Assembly (NCBI GenBank): GCA_000388065.2
Contig: KB932206.1
DNA from: Fonticula alba ATCC 38817
Taxonomy: Eukaryota; Protista; Nucleariida
DNA length: 64,000 bases
Strand: one strand, 5' to 3'
Under the pieces are notes generated by a model, which did no database searches, was not told where the DNA came from, and saw nothing but the letters and a program-made list of their open reading frames with translations. Shown in pieces: positions 1-11,670 of this stretch. Both the position numbers and the translations under genes were made by a program. Position 1 is the stretch's first letter, and every line of letters starts with the position of its first letter.

Positions 1-1812
1 GGGGGGGGGGGGGACATCACAGAGGGGCATCAGCAATCCCACATGCGGCGGGGGACGAGGGCAAGTGACGAAGAACGAGCGCCGCGACCGGCGCCCATGG
101 CCCTCCCCCTGCTGTGTCCTGCCCGGCCGAGACAAGGCACGCGGAAATGGCCGGAGGCGAGGTGGCGATGGCACGGGAAAGGACCCGGCCCCGGCATTGA
201 CGCACCTCGTTCATGTCATTCCAGACAAAGAGCCACGGTGTCGAGGCGCCGTAAACCCCGTCCTCGGTCGGGCCACCGCGGTCCAGCCTCAGGCGGCTAG
301 ACCACCACCGGCGGACCTCCGGCCGGAGGACATCCGGCCAGGAGGACCGCCCAGGCCAACACTGGCCGTGGAAATCCCGGAAGCCAACCGGCACCCCGCC
401 GGACCGGTGGTCCAGCTGCCGGAGGACCATGTCCGCCAGGGCGTAGAGCCCGCGCGCCAAAAGTCGAACATTGTCCTCGCCCAAGTCGCAGATGGCCTCC
501 TCGGCGTGTTGCAGGCGCCGGCGCAGGCGCCGATTGGCGCGCGCCTCCGCCGAGGGTGGCGGAGTGTCATCCACCAGCGGGCCGCCATTGGGCAATGATG
601 GGACCTCCGGTTCCGGCGCCGGCGGGCTCGGTGCCGGGGGGGCCGGCTCCCGCACCAAGAACCCCAAGCGCCGAGAGGCCTCATAGATGCCGCACTCGCC
701 GTCCACCCAGCCGGAGTTCGGCGCTTGATGGTCATTCCCCGGGGCCAGGGGCGGTGTGGGGGGGCCGATGTTCAGGCCGCCGCCGTCGCCGGTCGAGGGG
801 GCAGACCCCTCGATCGTGCCGGTAGACGACCTCTCCTCCGGGCCGGTGCCATTGTGCGCCAGTAGGACATCCAACCGGTCGAGAACCAGCCGATGCAGGC
901 GGTCCGCATCGCCCTGGCAGCGGTCCAGCACCCGGGTGTACTGGCTCCAGCCAGCATCCAGACGCAGTGACCGCAAGAGATCCCCGACATCCAATTCATC
1001 AAAGGGCCCGGGGGCCGAAGGACGCTCGGCGGTCACGCCACCCGATGAAGCAGGCTCCATTAGGGCCCCCTGAGCACGAGCGGTCAAAACCTGGCGCAGC
1101 AGCTCCGAGCGGGTCTCATCCGACTGCTCGGTGCGCGGCTCTCCGAAGCCGTAATACTTGGGGGGAAGTTCGCCAGCACGCAGGTGCGGATCGATGATGG
1201 TCACCAGACGACGACCGGCCCCGGCCCCGGGCACGACCACCGCGGTGGATTGCTCGCCGGCGGAGCCCGTGGGCAGATCCGCACTCAGGTCGGAGGAGGA
1301 GTCCGCTTCGGAGGAGAGGTCCGAATCGGAGGCGGAGCTGGAGTCGGAAGAGGCGTCAGCATCGGAGGAGGCATCCGAGGGAGGGACATCCTCGCGAATG
1401 GTCCGTGCACCACCGGCAAAGGCGAAAGACTGCTGCATGGCCACCGGGTCGGGGAAGCGGCCGCGATCCCACGAGAGGTAGCATTTGCGATCGGTATGTT
1501 CGATGTCCAGCCAGAGCACATCATTCGGCAGGGCATGGGCATCGAACACTGGGCAGTGGGACCCGGCCAAGGGCAGGGGGGAGGGGGGGGGGATGTGAGT
1601 GACGAGGCCAGCCACCAGGAGCCAAATGGAGCAGGCAGATGAGAAGACGTACTGGCATCGACACGCTGCAAATCCGTCTGGTCGTTGTAGTTCCAGCGCG
1701 ACTGGTGCTGTCCCAGCCCCCAGATGGGCGGAAGCTGTGGCCGGCCTGCGGCATGCGACAAGGAGAGGAGTGTGTCAGCATGATGTCCAAGGGGAGGAAG
1801 GTGCGTGCGTGC

Positions 1813-1864
<52 letters not shown>

Positions 1865-4592
1865 GAGAGGGGGGGGTGGCCGAAGAACGAGAGGCAATCC
1901 TCGCCAGCATATGTGCAGGGTCAAGGGCGCGCCCTTGGAGGGTGACGCACCGGTGACATGGGTGAATTGCCGCAGGACCGAGGCCGTGGCCGTGGGGGCG
2001 GAGTCGGCATCGTCAGTGGCCGCGGCCGGGGGATCGAACGAAGGGAACATCACCATGTCCAAGTGGCCGGCCTCGGCGAACCAATGGCTGTCAACGCCGA
2101 GATCCTCCCACTGGTCGGCCTGGCCGCATGAGGGCAGAATCCCGCCAGGAACATGGGGCGCCGGTATGAGAGTCACGGGGGGCGTCGGCCTGGGGGAAGA
2201 GTCCGAAGGGTCCCTGACCGCGTCGTCCGGCATGTCCATGATGATGTCATCCAGGACCACGGAGACCGGGGGTGCCGGCAGTAGCGGGGTGACGGAGGTG
2301 CTGCCGCAGGGCTGGCGTCGGTCAAGCGGGGGAAATCGGCGAGAGGGGAGGGGGGAAAGGGGATGGGTCAGCCTTTTCAAGCAGGAAAGGCGGGGAGAAG
2401 GGGGAGGGGAGGGGGGGGGGGGCAATGTCGAGCGCGAAGGTCCGCACCACACGATGGGCCACATCGACCCACATCTCCGAGGCATTGAGCAGCAGGAGGC
2501 CCACCGACCGGCGGGGGCGCCGGGCGGCCGGCCGATTAGCCATATGCCCATGGGCGATCATCAGTGGCACCGATCCATAGAGGGCCATTGGGCTGTCGAG
2601 GACATACTGGAAGACGTCCAGGTTGTAGAGCCGGTAGGGGTCGCCAAGGCTGAGTGCGCAGGACACCCACGCCGGCCATGCGCCATGTTGGAGCACGGAA
2701 GAATGTCAGCACGGTGGCCTTCCTTCAGGCGGGGGAGGGAGGACGCCAAGCCGGCAGCGCCGGGAAATTCACGCACAATGTGTCCTGCAGGGCAAAGTCC
2801 GACGCATGCTCTGGGATGCCAAAGACGCCATAGAACCCGGGGAAAGTGACATCCACGGACACCGCCTGGGGACCTGTGTTGGGGGCGAGGCAGAGAAAGG
2901 GAGAGAGAGAGAGACAGGAGAGAGGCGAGGAGGGGTGATGATGTGAGCCACGAGGAGGAGCGCCCGTCCAGGCGAGGAGGAGGATGGGCGTCGTTCCGGC
3001 AAGCAGCAGCAGCCACGTACCTCGAGGCTTCGGATCATGGAACTCCAGGAAGTCCTCCTCCCAGGCGCCATCGTCGTCAAAGCGATCCGAGCGCGACCCG
3101 GCGGGCGGGGTCTTCGAAAGGCCAACATGTCAGCGGCCCCGGCGGCGGGCGTCGAGCCGGAGGCAAAGCCACTTCGCGGGTTCCCAGTGGGCGCCATGTG
3201 CTTGGTGCTTGGCACAGCCCTGGGAATGGTGTTGGTGGGGAACATTGCGTACCGTTGTCTTGTTGCGCGAAAGTTCGGCCCACAGGCGTTCCTGGGCATT
3301 GATCTCGAGCAGGCGATCCACCTCGAGCCACGGCCAGGAGGCCGGGTATTCCCGAGTGGCAGCCGGGGCAGGGTGGCCGGTCGACCAATCGGGCCGGCCG
3401 CCAGTTGCCGGGACCACAACCGAGAGGCGGGCACGCAGCGGCGTGTGGCTGATGATCAGGGCATAGTGAAGGGACTCGCTGTCGGAAGAGGGCCGGTGGT
3501 CAGCAAGGGAGGCGGCGCAGGCCTCGACCGAGGGGAACTCGCTGCATGCCGGGTCATCGGTCAGGCGAGCCAGACGCGCGGCCCCGGCCGGCCCTGCATA
3601 CACCACCCAGCTTTCGCCCGGGACCGACCCGGCCTGGGGGAGATGTTCCACGCGCAGGCGCGCCCCGGCCGGGGTGTTGACAATGGTAAAGGGGGCCGGG
3701 CTGAAGCGCGGCACGGCCCCGGGCGAGGCATCCTCGAAGGTCAAGCGCACGGCGCCGGTCGGGCTGGCTGTCACACGGCCGAGTAGCGGCGCCGCCCGGG
3801 TGTCCCCGGTGGCCGCCACCCGGAAAGTGAGCAGCGTGTCCGGACCAAGTCCGCGAGTGGACTCGGTGGCCGCCGCCCCCGGGGGGAGGACATCGTGCGA
3901 GCGGCCCGGCGCGTCCCACACATGGAGCGCATCATCGTTGGCCGGGTTGCGCCGGAGAAAGTCGGCCGCCGGGTCGGCGTCAGGCTCGCTCGCGTTGGTG
4001 GCAGCCTGGACAAAGGCCTCTGCCAGGGTCCAGCTGCCGGGGACCACCGCATAAGCCGCCCCAGCGGCATAGGTCCAGCTGGCCCCGGTCGGCATGTCGG
4101 TCGAGCCGGACTCCGATGGCGTGGTGTTCGGGAAGGCGGGCGGTGGACGCGAGGCAAACCCCAAGCCAGCCTCGTCGACCAGAAACTCAGGCTGGTGGAG
4201 GGATTCCGAAAAGGGAACCTTGTGGGCGGTGGAATAGAGAGATCGCCGATGGTCGGCGCCGACGCGACGCATGCGCCGACAGAAGCCGGATTGCGAGCAA
4301 TTCTTGAAAACCCGCTGTGGTGTGTGGGCGCGTTCATGTGCCGACCCATTCGGGGGGGAGGGAGGGGGGGGGGCGAGAGGGCGAGAGGAAGACAGGTCAG
4401 GCAGGGGGGAGGGGGAGGAGGTGGCAAGAGGCAGGCCGGCAGAGGGGGCACGCCACAGGGGGGACCACGAATGGGGATCATGGCAGTCGCAATCGGGAAA
4501 CATACCCGGTCCACAGCGCCGGTGTGGTGGGGAGCCAGCAGGAGCACCAGAGCCAGCGAGGCGAGAAGAGCCGCGGTCAAGAGAGCCGGCAT
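1..4592 (-). CDS. GANAB: Glucosidase II alpha subunit (GH31), multi-exon, 3' part beyond window start
   Basis: Signal peptide [19 protein letters not shown] (ATG 4592). Spliced exons 4592-4506, 4314-3253, 3111-3021, 2873-2777, 2649-~2450 and further exons give VDR|[31 protein letters not shown]|[80 protein letters not shown] and the nucleophile motif WNDMNE. Confidence 0.93.
1800..1860. repeat. (GCGT)n/(GT)n microsatellite in GH31 intron
   Basis: gtgcgtgcgtgcgtgcgt followed by a long gt run, read directly. Confidence 0.95.
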
Positions 4593-6300
4593 GGGCCGGG
4601 CGCCGCCGCGTAGCCCAAGCCTGGCACAGGTAACCATCCTGATGGCCACGTTTTGTGGGTGAGGGGGCGCGCGGGCGCCGCTGTGCGTTGCCTCAATCGC
4701 GTCCCTTCCTTAGGACAGGTGTGGTGCGGGGGCGGGGCTGGAGGCGCGTGTGGTTGGGTATGAGTGTGCGGAGGGGGAGGGAGGGCCTCAGCGTGGGGGG
4801 GGGGGGACAGATCGGGGTGGATGCCTGGCCGTCAGGCGGGACAAACCGGTGGCACCCTTTTGTCCGGGGCCCCGAGCGGGTGTCAGCCTGTTGGCGCTTG
4901 CTCTGTTGTGTCTTTCCGCAGCCGCCACCCGGGAGGAGGGGGTGCGCTGCAGAGGCGTCACACATCGACACCACCCCCAAGGGGGGGCGGGGGGCGGGAT
5001 GAATGATCTGCACACAATTGCACCTCTCCCAGGCCAGTGCCTCAGACGGGTCTGATGATGATCCTTCATGCGTGGAGGCAGGGACTCCTCTCTGGACAGG
5101 GAGTCGTGCGTTTGGGGGCGGAAAAGAGAGAGCGCCCCAGGAAGACATGAACATGGCCTTCCGGCCTCGCCCTGCCCGGGCCAAGGAGGATAGGCAACAG
5201 GGACAACGCCTGAGCGCCGGCACGTCTTCCGGGCGTGTGAGCGTGCGGGAGGGGGCAATCTCGGTGCGGTGGCAGTTCCGTCCCGGCCGCGTGATAGTCC
5301 TCATCGCCGGCCGCCCGGGCGCTGGCAGCCCAGACGGCCGGAAAACAATAATCCACCCCCTCCATGGGGGAAACAGGGCGGGGGCCACCGCCGAAGAGTG
5401 AGGCGTGAACGTCCCCCCCCCCCTGACGGAGGCCTCCATCCCATTCTACGTGTGACGGATAATCGCGATCTCTTGTGTACGTGCGCATGTGCGTGCGTGC
5501 GTGCGTGTGTGTGCGTGTGCATTGGTGAGCATGTTTGTACCTGGGCCCGGGCATCTTTCCTGCTGGGATGCCTGGGCTCCCGGAGACAAGCGCTCCCCAC
5601 GCCCCCTGGCAGGCGCCCTGGGACAGGACGGCCCGGGGGCTCTCTGGACGACAGTCGGGGGGCTCTCCCGGACGATGGACCGTCGGCTTGCCTAGTCTAG
5701 GTTAGGCGGCCTGGCTTGCTGGCGCGGTCGCGCAGTTGGCGGCGGTCCCGGTGGATTCCAGGTGCTTGTTAAGCGACCCTCCTTCGGTTGTGGTTGCGGC
5801 CGAATGTTGAGCAGCCATCGCGGCACCGCGGTGCAGATGACCCGAGGGGAGATATCCGCACTGCGACGGCGTGGGGGGCCCCGCACATGCTCGTGGCGAG
5901 GGCGGCTTCTACCGCGCGCGCGCGGACCGCACACACCGCGGCTTACGATGTATGCTCTTTTGCTCTCAATGATACATCCCTCTCGCTCTCTCTCTCTCTC
6001 TCTCACTCTCTCATTTGGTGATACTTGTGGGGCATCCAAGACGCCCCCGGGGGGCGGGGAGGGGGGGTCCACGGTGCCCCGCGCAGCCCCCTCCCTGGTG
6101 GACAGAGAGAGAGAGAGAGAGTCAAGACCCGGTTGTGAGATCTCGATTCCCCCAGTTCGGTAAGTGTCTGTCCACCCACGCTCACCATCCCCGAGAAGTT
6201 TGGTCCAAATTTCCCCCCTCTGTCTCCCTGCCTCCCCCCTCCCCCTTCCCCCTCCCTCGGCCTTCCCATTGATCTGCTTGCTCCTCTCCCTCCGAATGCG

Positions 6301-6924
6301 ATGGGCACCCTGCCTCGGCCAGCCCTCCGTCGTTTCTTAGCTCCCTCTCAACCGTGCGCCGAGCAGGCCAGTGCCGGCGCCGGCGCGGCCCCGTGTGTGC
6401 CCGAGTCGCTTCCCCGGTCGCCGGCCGGATGTGAGCCTCTCCCGGGACCGGCTAGACTGGCGGATGTGCAAAAGCCCGCACCGCCCCCCCGCCCGCGAGC
6501 CATCTCCCCTGCCCCGCTGGTGTATGGCATCCTTTGCCTGGTGGTCATCCTCCTTTCGCGCTTTGGCTGGCTGGCCCCGCTGCAGACATTCGGCTGTGCG
6601 GCTGGCCGCCGGTGGCGCGAAGCCACGGCCCCCTTCCTGCCGAATAGGTACACCGCCTCGCCCCCCCCCCCCCCCTCTTCCCGGGGGCACACTCGCGCCT
6701 GTCCATCCGCCCTCGCGCCCGGGTTTCTCCTGGCCTCCGATCAACAGCTCACCCCCTGATCCGGCTCCCGGGCCCTCGCAGCCTCCTGGTCGCCTTGCAT
6801 CGCCACACCAGCACATCAGTCTGGATTCAGCTCAGTTTTTTCCTCGGGTGCGTGTGCCCTTGTCCCCTCTCTCTCGCCCTCCATTCCTCGCCCCCCTGCT
6901 CCGCCTGGCGGCCGGACCACGTCG

Positions 6925-6955
<31 letters not shown>

Positions 6956-8488
6956 GCTGGCAATGGGGTCCGCATCCAGCATGTCACAGCCATTGACCAA
7001 CGCCCGCGCACCAGCCTCGGCTACTCGCACGAGCTTGGCCTATCACTCTACTGCTTCTCGGTCCTCGGCCATGTGGTGAAGAACTTTGCCAAATCCTTCG
7101 GTCGGTCGCCTCGATCCTTCTGGCTGTGTGGCTCGCCGCTGCTGGCCGGGGCTTCCGGCATCGGAGCCCTGCACTGCGGGAGCGGCTATTCCTTGCCCAG
7201 CGGCCACACCATGCTTTCGACCATGGTCACCAGCTATCTGGGGGAGTACATCGCTGCGCGGTATCCGGCTGCCGGGGCATCGGCCAGCCGGAAAACCCGG
7301 GTCTCGATGGCGGTCCCCCTGTGGCTGGACTTGCTGGCTGAGCGGCGCTGGTCCATGGCCTTTGCACACCTTGGGGCATGGTTGTTGCGTGGGGCTCGAA
7401 TTGTGATCATCCTGAATACCCTGCACCTGGGCACGCACACCGTGTTGGACATTGCGGCTGGACTGTTGTTTGCGCGTTTCTGGACGTCTGCCTGGCCGTA
7501 CATCCATCAAATACTGTTCCCGACCGCGAGCAAGCCCCGGGAAGGCGCGCCGCTGCCGGGGTCCAGGCGTTGGCTCCTCCCGATGCTGGCCCTCGGGGGG
7601 GTTTGTCTGCTGGAGGTGGTCGAGGAGCTGACCGAGAACCAGGTGAGTCATCCCCTTGAGCGGGTCTTGCTGCATGAGCGGAATTGCTCCCTGCTCCGGG
7701 GGACCGGGGCCACACGCATGGCCAATTCCTCGGCCTTCGAGAAATCGGCCCTGGTTCTCGGGGTGCTCCTGGCAGTGGCGGCTTCCCGCCCGGGGGGCGG
7801 CCTGGCACGGGGGCCATCGGCCGCCGATGTCCAACCGCAGGCTTCCCGACCCCGGCGCCTGCTGTCACTTGGGACAGTTCTTCTGGGTGCCCTCGGGGTG
7901 AAACTCATGCGGTTGGTGGAATGGGCGGTTTTTGCCGGCATGGCCGCCGTGATGCCCTTGGGCAGGTTGTGCATGCCGCCGATTGCACGGCTTCTGCTCT
8001 TGATCCTGTCAATGGGACCGCTGTTAGCTGGCGAGGGCAGTGGCCTGGCGGCCGTGGCCACACGCTCCACCGGTATCTGCCCCCGGCCGACCGTGATCAG
8101 CCTCGTTCCCACCCCCGCCATGTCCCAAGTACCACCCCCTGACTTTGGCGTTGGGATGTTGGCGGCGGGGGCGGCGGCGGGGGCGGCGGCGGCTGCGCCG
8201 GTGGTGGCGCCAGAGCCAGCCGTCGCCGTCGTCGCCGCCGCCACCACCACCACCACCTCGGGGAAAGGTCCCCCATCGATGGGTGTAGAGTTGGTGGAGG
8301 ATGTCCCCTCCTCGGTTTCGATGTCACGCCCGCTGGCGGTTGTGACCGACCACCGAGCTCTATCTCTGTATGCCACTTTCGCCCTGAGGCCACTGCTGCT
8401 GGTCCTGCTTTTCCCGGCCCTCCAGCGCACGAGCATGCGCATTTTGCATTCAAGCTCCAAGACCCGACGCCGATTGGCCGGGCAATAG
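6301..8488 (+). CDS. PAP2-superfamily polytopic membrane phosphatase, glucose-6-phosphatase/SGPP-like
   Basis: Proposed exons 6301-6647, 6820-6847 and 6980-8488 (GT-AG, phases compatible). C1 KSFGRSPR (K-x6-R), C2 CGSGYSLPSGH, C3-like NTLHLGTHTVLDIAAG, and several hydrophobic helices. AATAAA 77 nt after the stop. The 5' exons are less certain. Confidence 0.75.
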
Positions 8489-8564
8489 AGTGCACCCTCA
8501 GCGCGCGCGCGCGAGCTCTGGGGGGCAGCGGGAAGCTCCAGAAACTCCCGGAAATAGACAGATA

Positions 8565-8570
8565 AATAAA
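8565..8570 (+). terminator. Putative polyadenylation signal AATAAA of the PAP2 gene
   Basis: gataaataaatg in an AT-rich patch just downstream of the TAG at 8488. Confidence 0.5.
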
Positions 8571-8888
8571 TGAACAAGAAAACCCACTCTCGGAACGGCC
8601 CGGCCGCAAACCCAACACGCAAAGGAGGGATAAAAGTACATTTCTAGCGTGGGCGCACACACACACACAGCACGCATACCTACATTCAGTCAAGTGCACA
8701 CACACCCACGCACACATGCGTGGGTGCATATATATATATATATGTGTGTGTGTGTATGGATGAATGCGCATGTGTGCATGTCTCGTGCGTGCGAATGTGT
8801 CTGTAAAAAAGCTGGAGGAAGGAGCAGAAGGCAGTGGGCCACAATGCGGCAGATGTCAAGGGCATGGCCACATGCACCGGATGCGCAC

Positions 8889-10283
8889 TTACTTCCGGGC
8901 ACGAGCCTTGGCGGCGGCGAGCTTGCGCTTGGCCCCCGGAGCCATGCGCGGCTGCCCCCGGCGCTCCTCGGCCTGGGCAACGGAGTCCAGGTGAGCCGCC
9001 TTGCGGGCGTTGACCAGCTCGGCGTTGACACCGCGCTTGCGGGCCACCTGCTTCAGGATCTTCAGGGCCTGGAGGCGCTCCTCGGCCTCGCGGCCGGTCA
9101 CCTGGGACTTCTTCTTGGCCACACGATCGACCACCGGCTTGTCGCGCTTGAGGGCCTTGTCGAAGCGGCCCATGGAGGCGGTAGAAATCTGCGTGGTGGA
9201 GAGGGTCTCGCGCAGGCGATCCTTGAGCTGGGCACGCTGCTTGCGCGCCTGGGCCAGAGCCTGGGCATCGACCGCCACCTTGGCCGTCGAGGAGAGGGCA
9301 CCCTTGACGCGGGCGGTGGCCTTGCCGGCGGCCTGCGGCATGATGCCCACCGGGGCACCCTGCGCGGTAATGGCCGCCGAGGCCTGGTTGCGCTTCTGGT
9401 TCTTCTTGTTCTTGCTGACGCGCTCCTTCTTGGCCGCCTCGCGTGCGGCAAACTGGTCCTGGTAGGGGTCTGTGGAATGGCGTTAGCAGGCATACATGCA
9501 CACGCACACGCATGCAAAGAGGAGAGCTCGACCAGCAGTGACCACCGGGGGAAGGGGGAGAGGCACGCAAAGAACGAGACACAAAGGGCGGGAGGAGGGG
9601 GGGGGGGGGGGGGAAAAAAAAAGACGGAGGAGGGCAAGTCCACGCACCGGCATTCTTCGGGACCTCGATGAGCCAGTCCTTGGTGTCGTCGTTGGCGCGC
9701 TTGTAGCCAAAGCGCGGCAGGTACTCCTCCTTGGCCTCGTCGAAGACCATCTTGGACTTCTTGCGCTTCTGGATGCCCTTCTCCTTGGCGAACTTCTCCC
9801 AGCGAGTGAGAGCCGGCCCGGAGGGCAGGGTCTTCTCACGCGGCAGGCGGGTGGTGATGGCCGGAAGGCTGGCCACCAGGGCAAAGTCATTGCGCTCGGT
9901 CGGCAGCGAAAGGATGGCGTTCATCAGAAGCTGCGCATTGTCGCGAGCCAGGTTCTTGAGGAAGTCGGGCCTGTGGCCGGCGAGAGGAGGGGGAGAGAGA
10001 AGGGAGGGCGGATGGCAGAGGGTCAGAAAAGATCTCCGCTCAAGAAAAGCACGAAGAGGAGGAGGAGGCGGCGGCGGAGGCGGCGGCGGCGGCGGCGACG
10101 GGGAAGACCACGGCAGGCGACGCACTCGGCAGCGACGGTCTCGGCGGAGATGGCCGCAGGATCCGACAGGGTGAGGAGGCCGAGATCCATGTGGACCGGG
10201 ACGTCCTTCTCAACAGAAATGGGCTTGAAGCGAGACTGGAGGGACTCCAGCTCGGCGGCCACGTCCAGGGTAGAGACGGACAT
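8889..10283 (-). CDS. RRS1: Ribosome biogenesis regulatory protein RRS1
   Basis: Exons 10283-10126, 9970-9648 and 9469-8889. Motifs MDLGLL, LARDNAQLL, TTRLPREK, TRWEKFAKEKGIQKRKKSKMVFDE, YLPRFGYKRAND, WLIEVP|DPY, TAQISTASMGRFD-like TTQISTASMGRFDK. Confidence 0.95.
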
Positions 10284-11670
10284 GATTGTGTGTGTGTTTG
10301 CAGGGGGGGGGGGGGGGGATCGGCGAGGGAGGGGGGAGAGAGAAAGCAAGACAGGGGAAGGGCAGAGCGAGTGGGGAGATCAGGAGGTGAGATGCCGGAT
10401 GGATCGGACTGGCAGCCCGACCTGGCGGTGAACCATCCCTTGAGCCAGGCCCCATCCAGCGGGCGGATGCCCACACATCGAGCGGAGAGGGCCGGTTGAG
10501 GGAGGGGGCAACAAATCCCCGCTGGCTGCAGGGCCTTGCGGGGATTATCCATGCTCCATTCGGCGGCCCCGCCCTCTCCGCCCCACCCGGAGCGGGGCTG
10601 TGCCATCCAGTCTCGGGAAGCATCTTTCCCCGCGGTGTGTTCTCGCGGTGGCGGAGGGGGTGGCGAAGGCAGGGCGCCGGCCCACACGACGCTGGGAAGC
10701 TCGCCGCAGGGACCGCATGTACACCGGGGGCCTGGCCGAAAAGCACCTCGTGAGAGGGTTCGTCGTGCGAAAGGCCTCACGGAGATGGTGGTTCACGTGG
10801 AGCCCATCAGGTGATGTCCTCTCCTTTTGAGGATTCCCCCCGCCCATTTAGAACGTGCTGCTTGGCTCGGCGGAGTGGCCCTTTCTTGCGTCTATGTCTG
10901 GGCGGAACCGAGCGGGGTGGCGGGGGCGCCGAGCAGGGCGGGCAAGGGAACATCCCTGGCGGGTGCAGAGGCCCCGGCCCCGTTGGGGCGACTCGCGCGT
11001 CCTTTTTCCAGCGTGCTCCCCCTCCTCCTGCTGTCTCTTCCGCTCTCCCTCTCTCTCTCTCTCCCTCGCTCTGTCGGCTCCCCCTTGCGGTTGGCTGGCG
11101 CGAGAAGGGGCGCCTCCAGTCGGGGTGAACTGCGAAGAGGTTACACATGAAGGTCCGTGAACCCGGGCCGGGGTGCCCATTGTTCCGTGGCTTGCGTCGG
11201 AGCCGGCGCGCCAGGCGGGGCTAGCGTGCTCGCAGTTTGTGTGTGCCGGGTTCCTGGTTTCCGGCCATGCGCGCGCGAGCCCGAGCTTGCTTCCCCACGC
11301 CGGGGTCGTGTGGGCTGTTCTTCCTGCGCTTCCGCGCTTCCCGGCCCACGCCCTGCCCGCCCNNNNNNNNNNNNNNNNNNNNNNNNNNNNNNNNNNNNNN
11401 NNNNNNNNNNNNNNNNNNNNNNNNNNNNNNNNNNNNNNNNNNNNNNNNNNNNNNNNNNNNNNNNNNNNNNNNNNNNNNNNNNNNNNNNNNNNNNNNNNNN
11501 NNNNNNNNNNNNNNNNNNNNNNNNNNNNNNNNNNNNNNNNNNNNNNNNNNNNNNNNNNNNNNNNNNNCCCCCCAGTGTGCTTGGCTGTCTTGCCCTCCTC
11601 CCCCACTCTCCCTCTTGCCTGTCCCTTTTTCGAAGGCCCGCACTTGCTCTGCCCCTCCCCTCCGTCTGCC

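Noticed and set aside
3130-3132. In-frame TGA in the GH31 reading frame (possible selenocysteine, readthrough or pseudogene)
   Set aside because: It lies inside intron 3252-3112 (GTACGC donor, GCTGAC branch, AAG acceptor). Splicing restores the conserved GAWEEDF frame.
4693-6272. Several 100-250-aa ORFs between GH31 and PAP2
   Set aside because: Arg/Pro/Gly-rich composition typical of random GC-rich frames, with no motifs. They overlap microsatellites and probably form a divergent promoter region.
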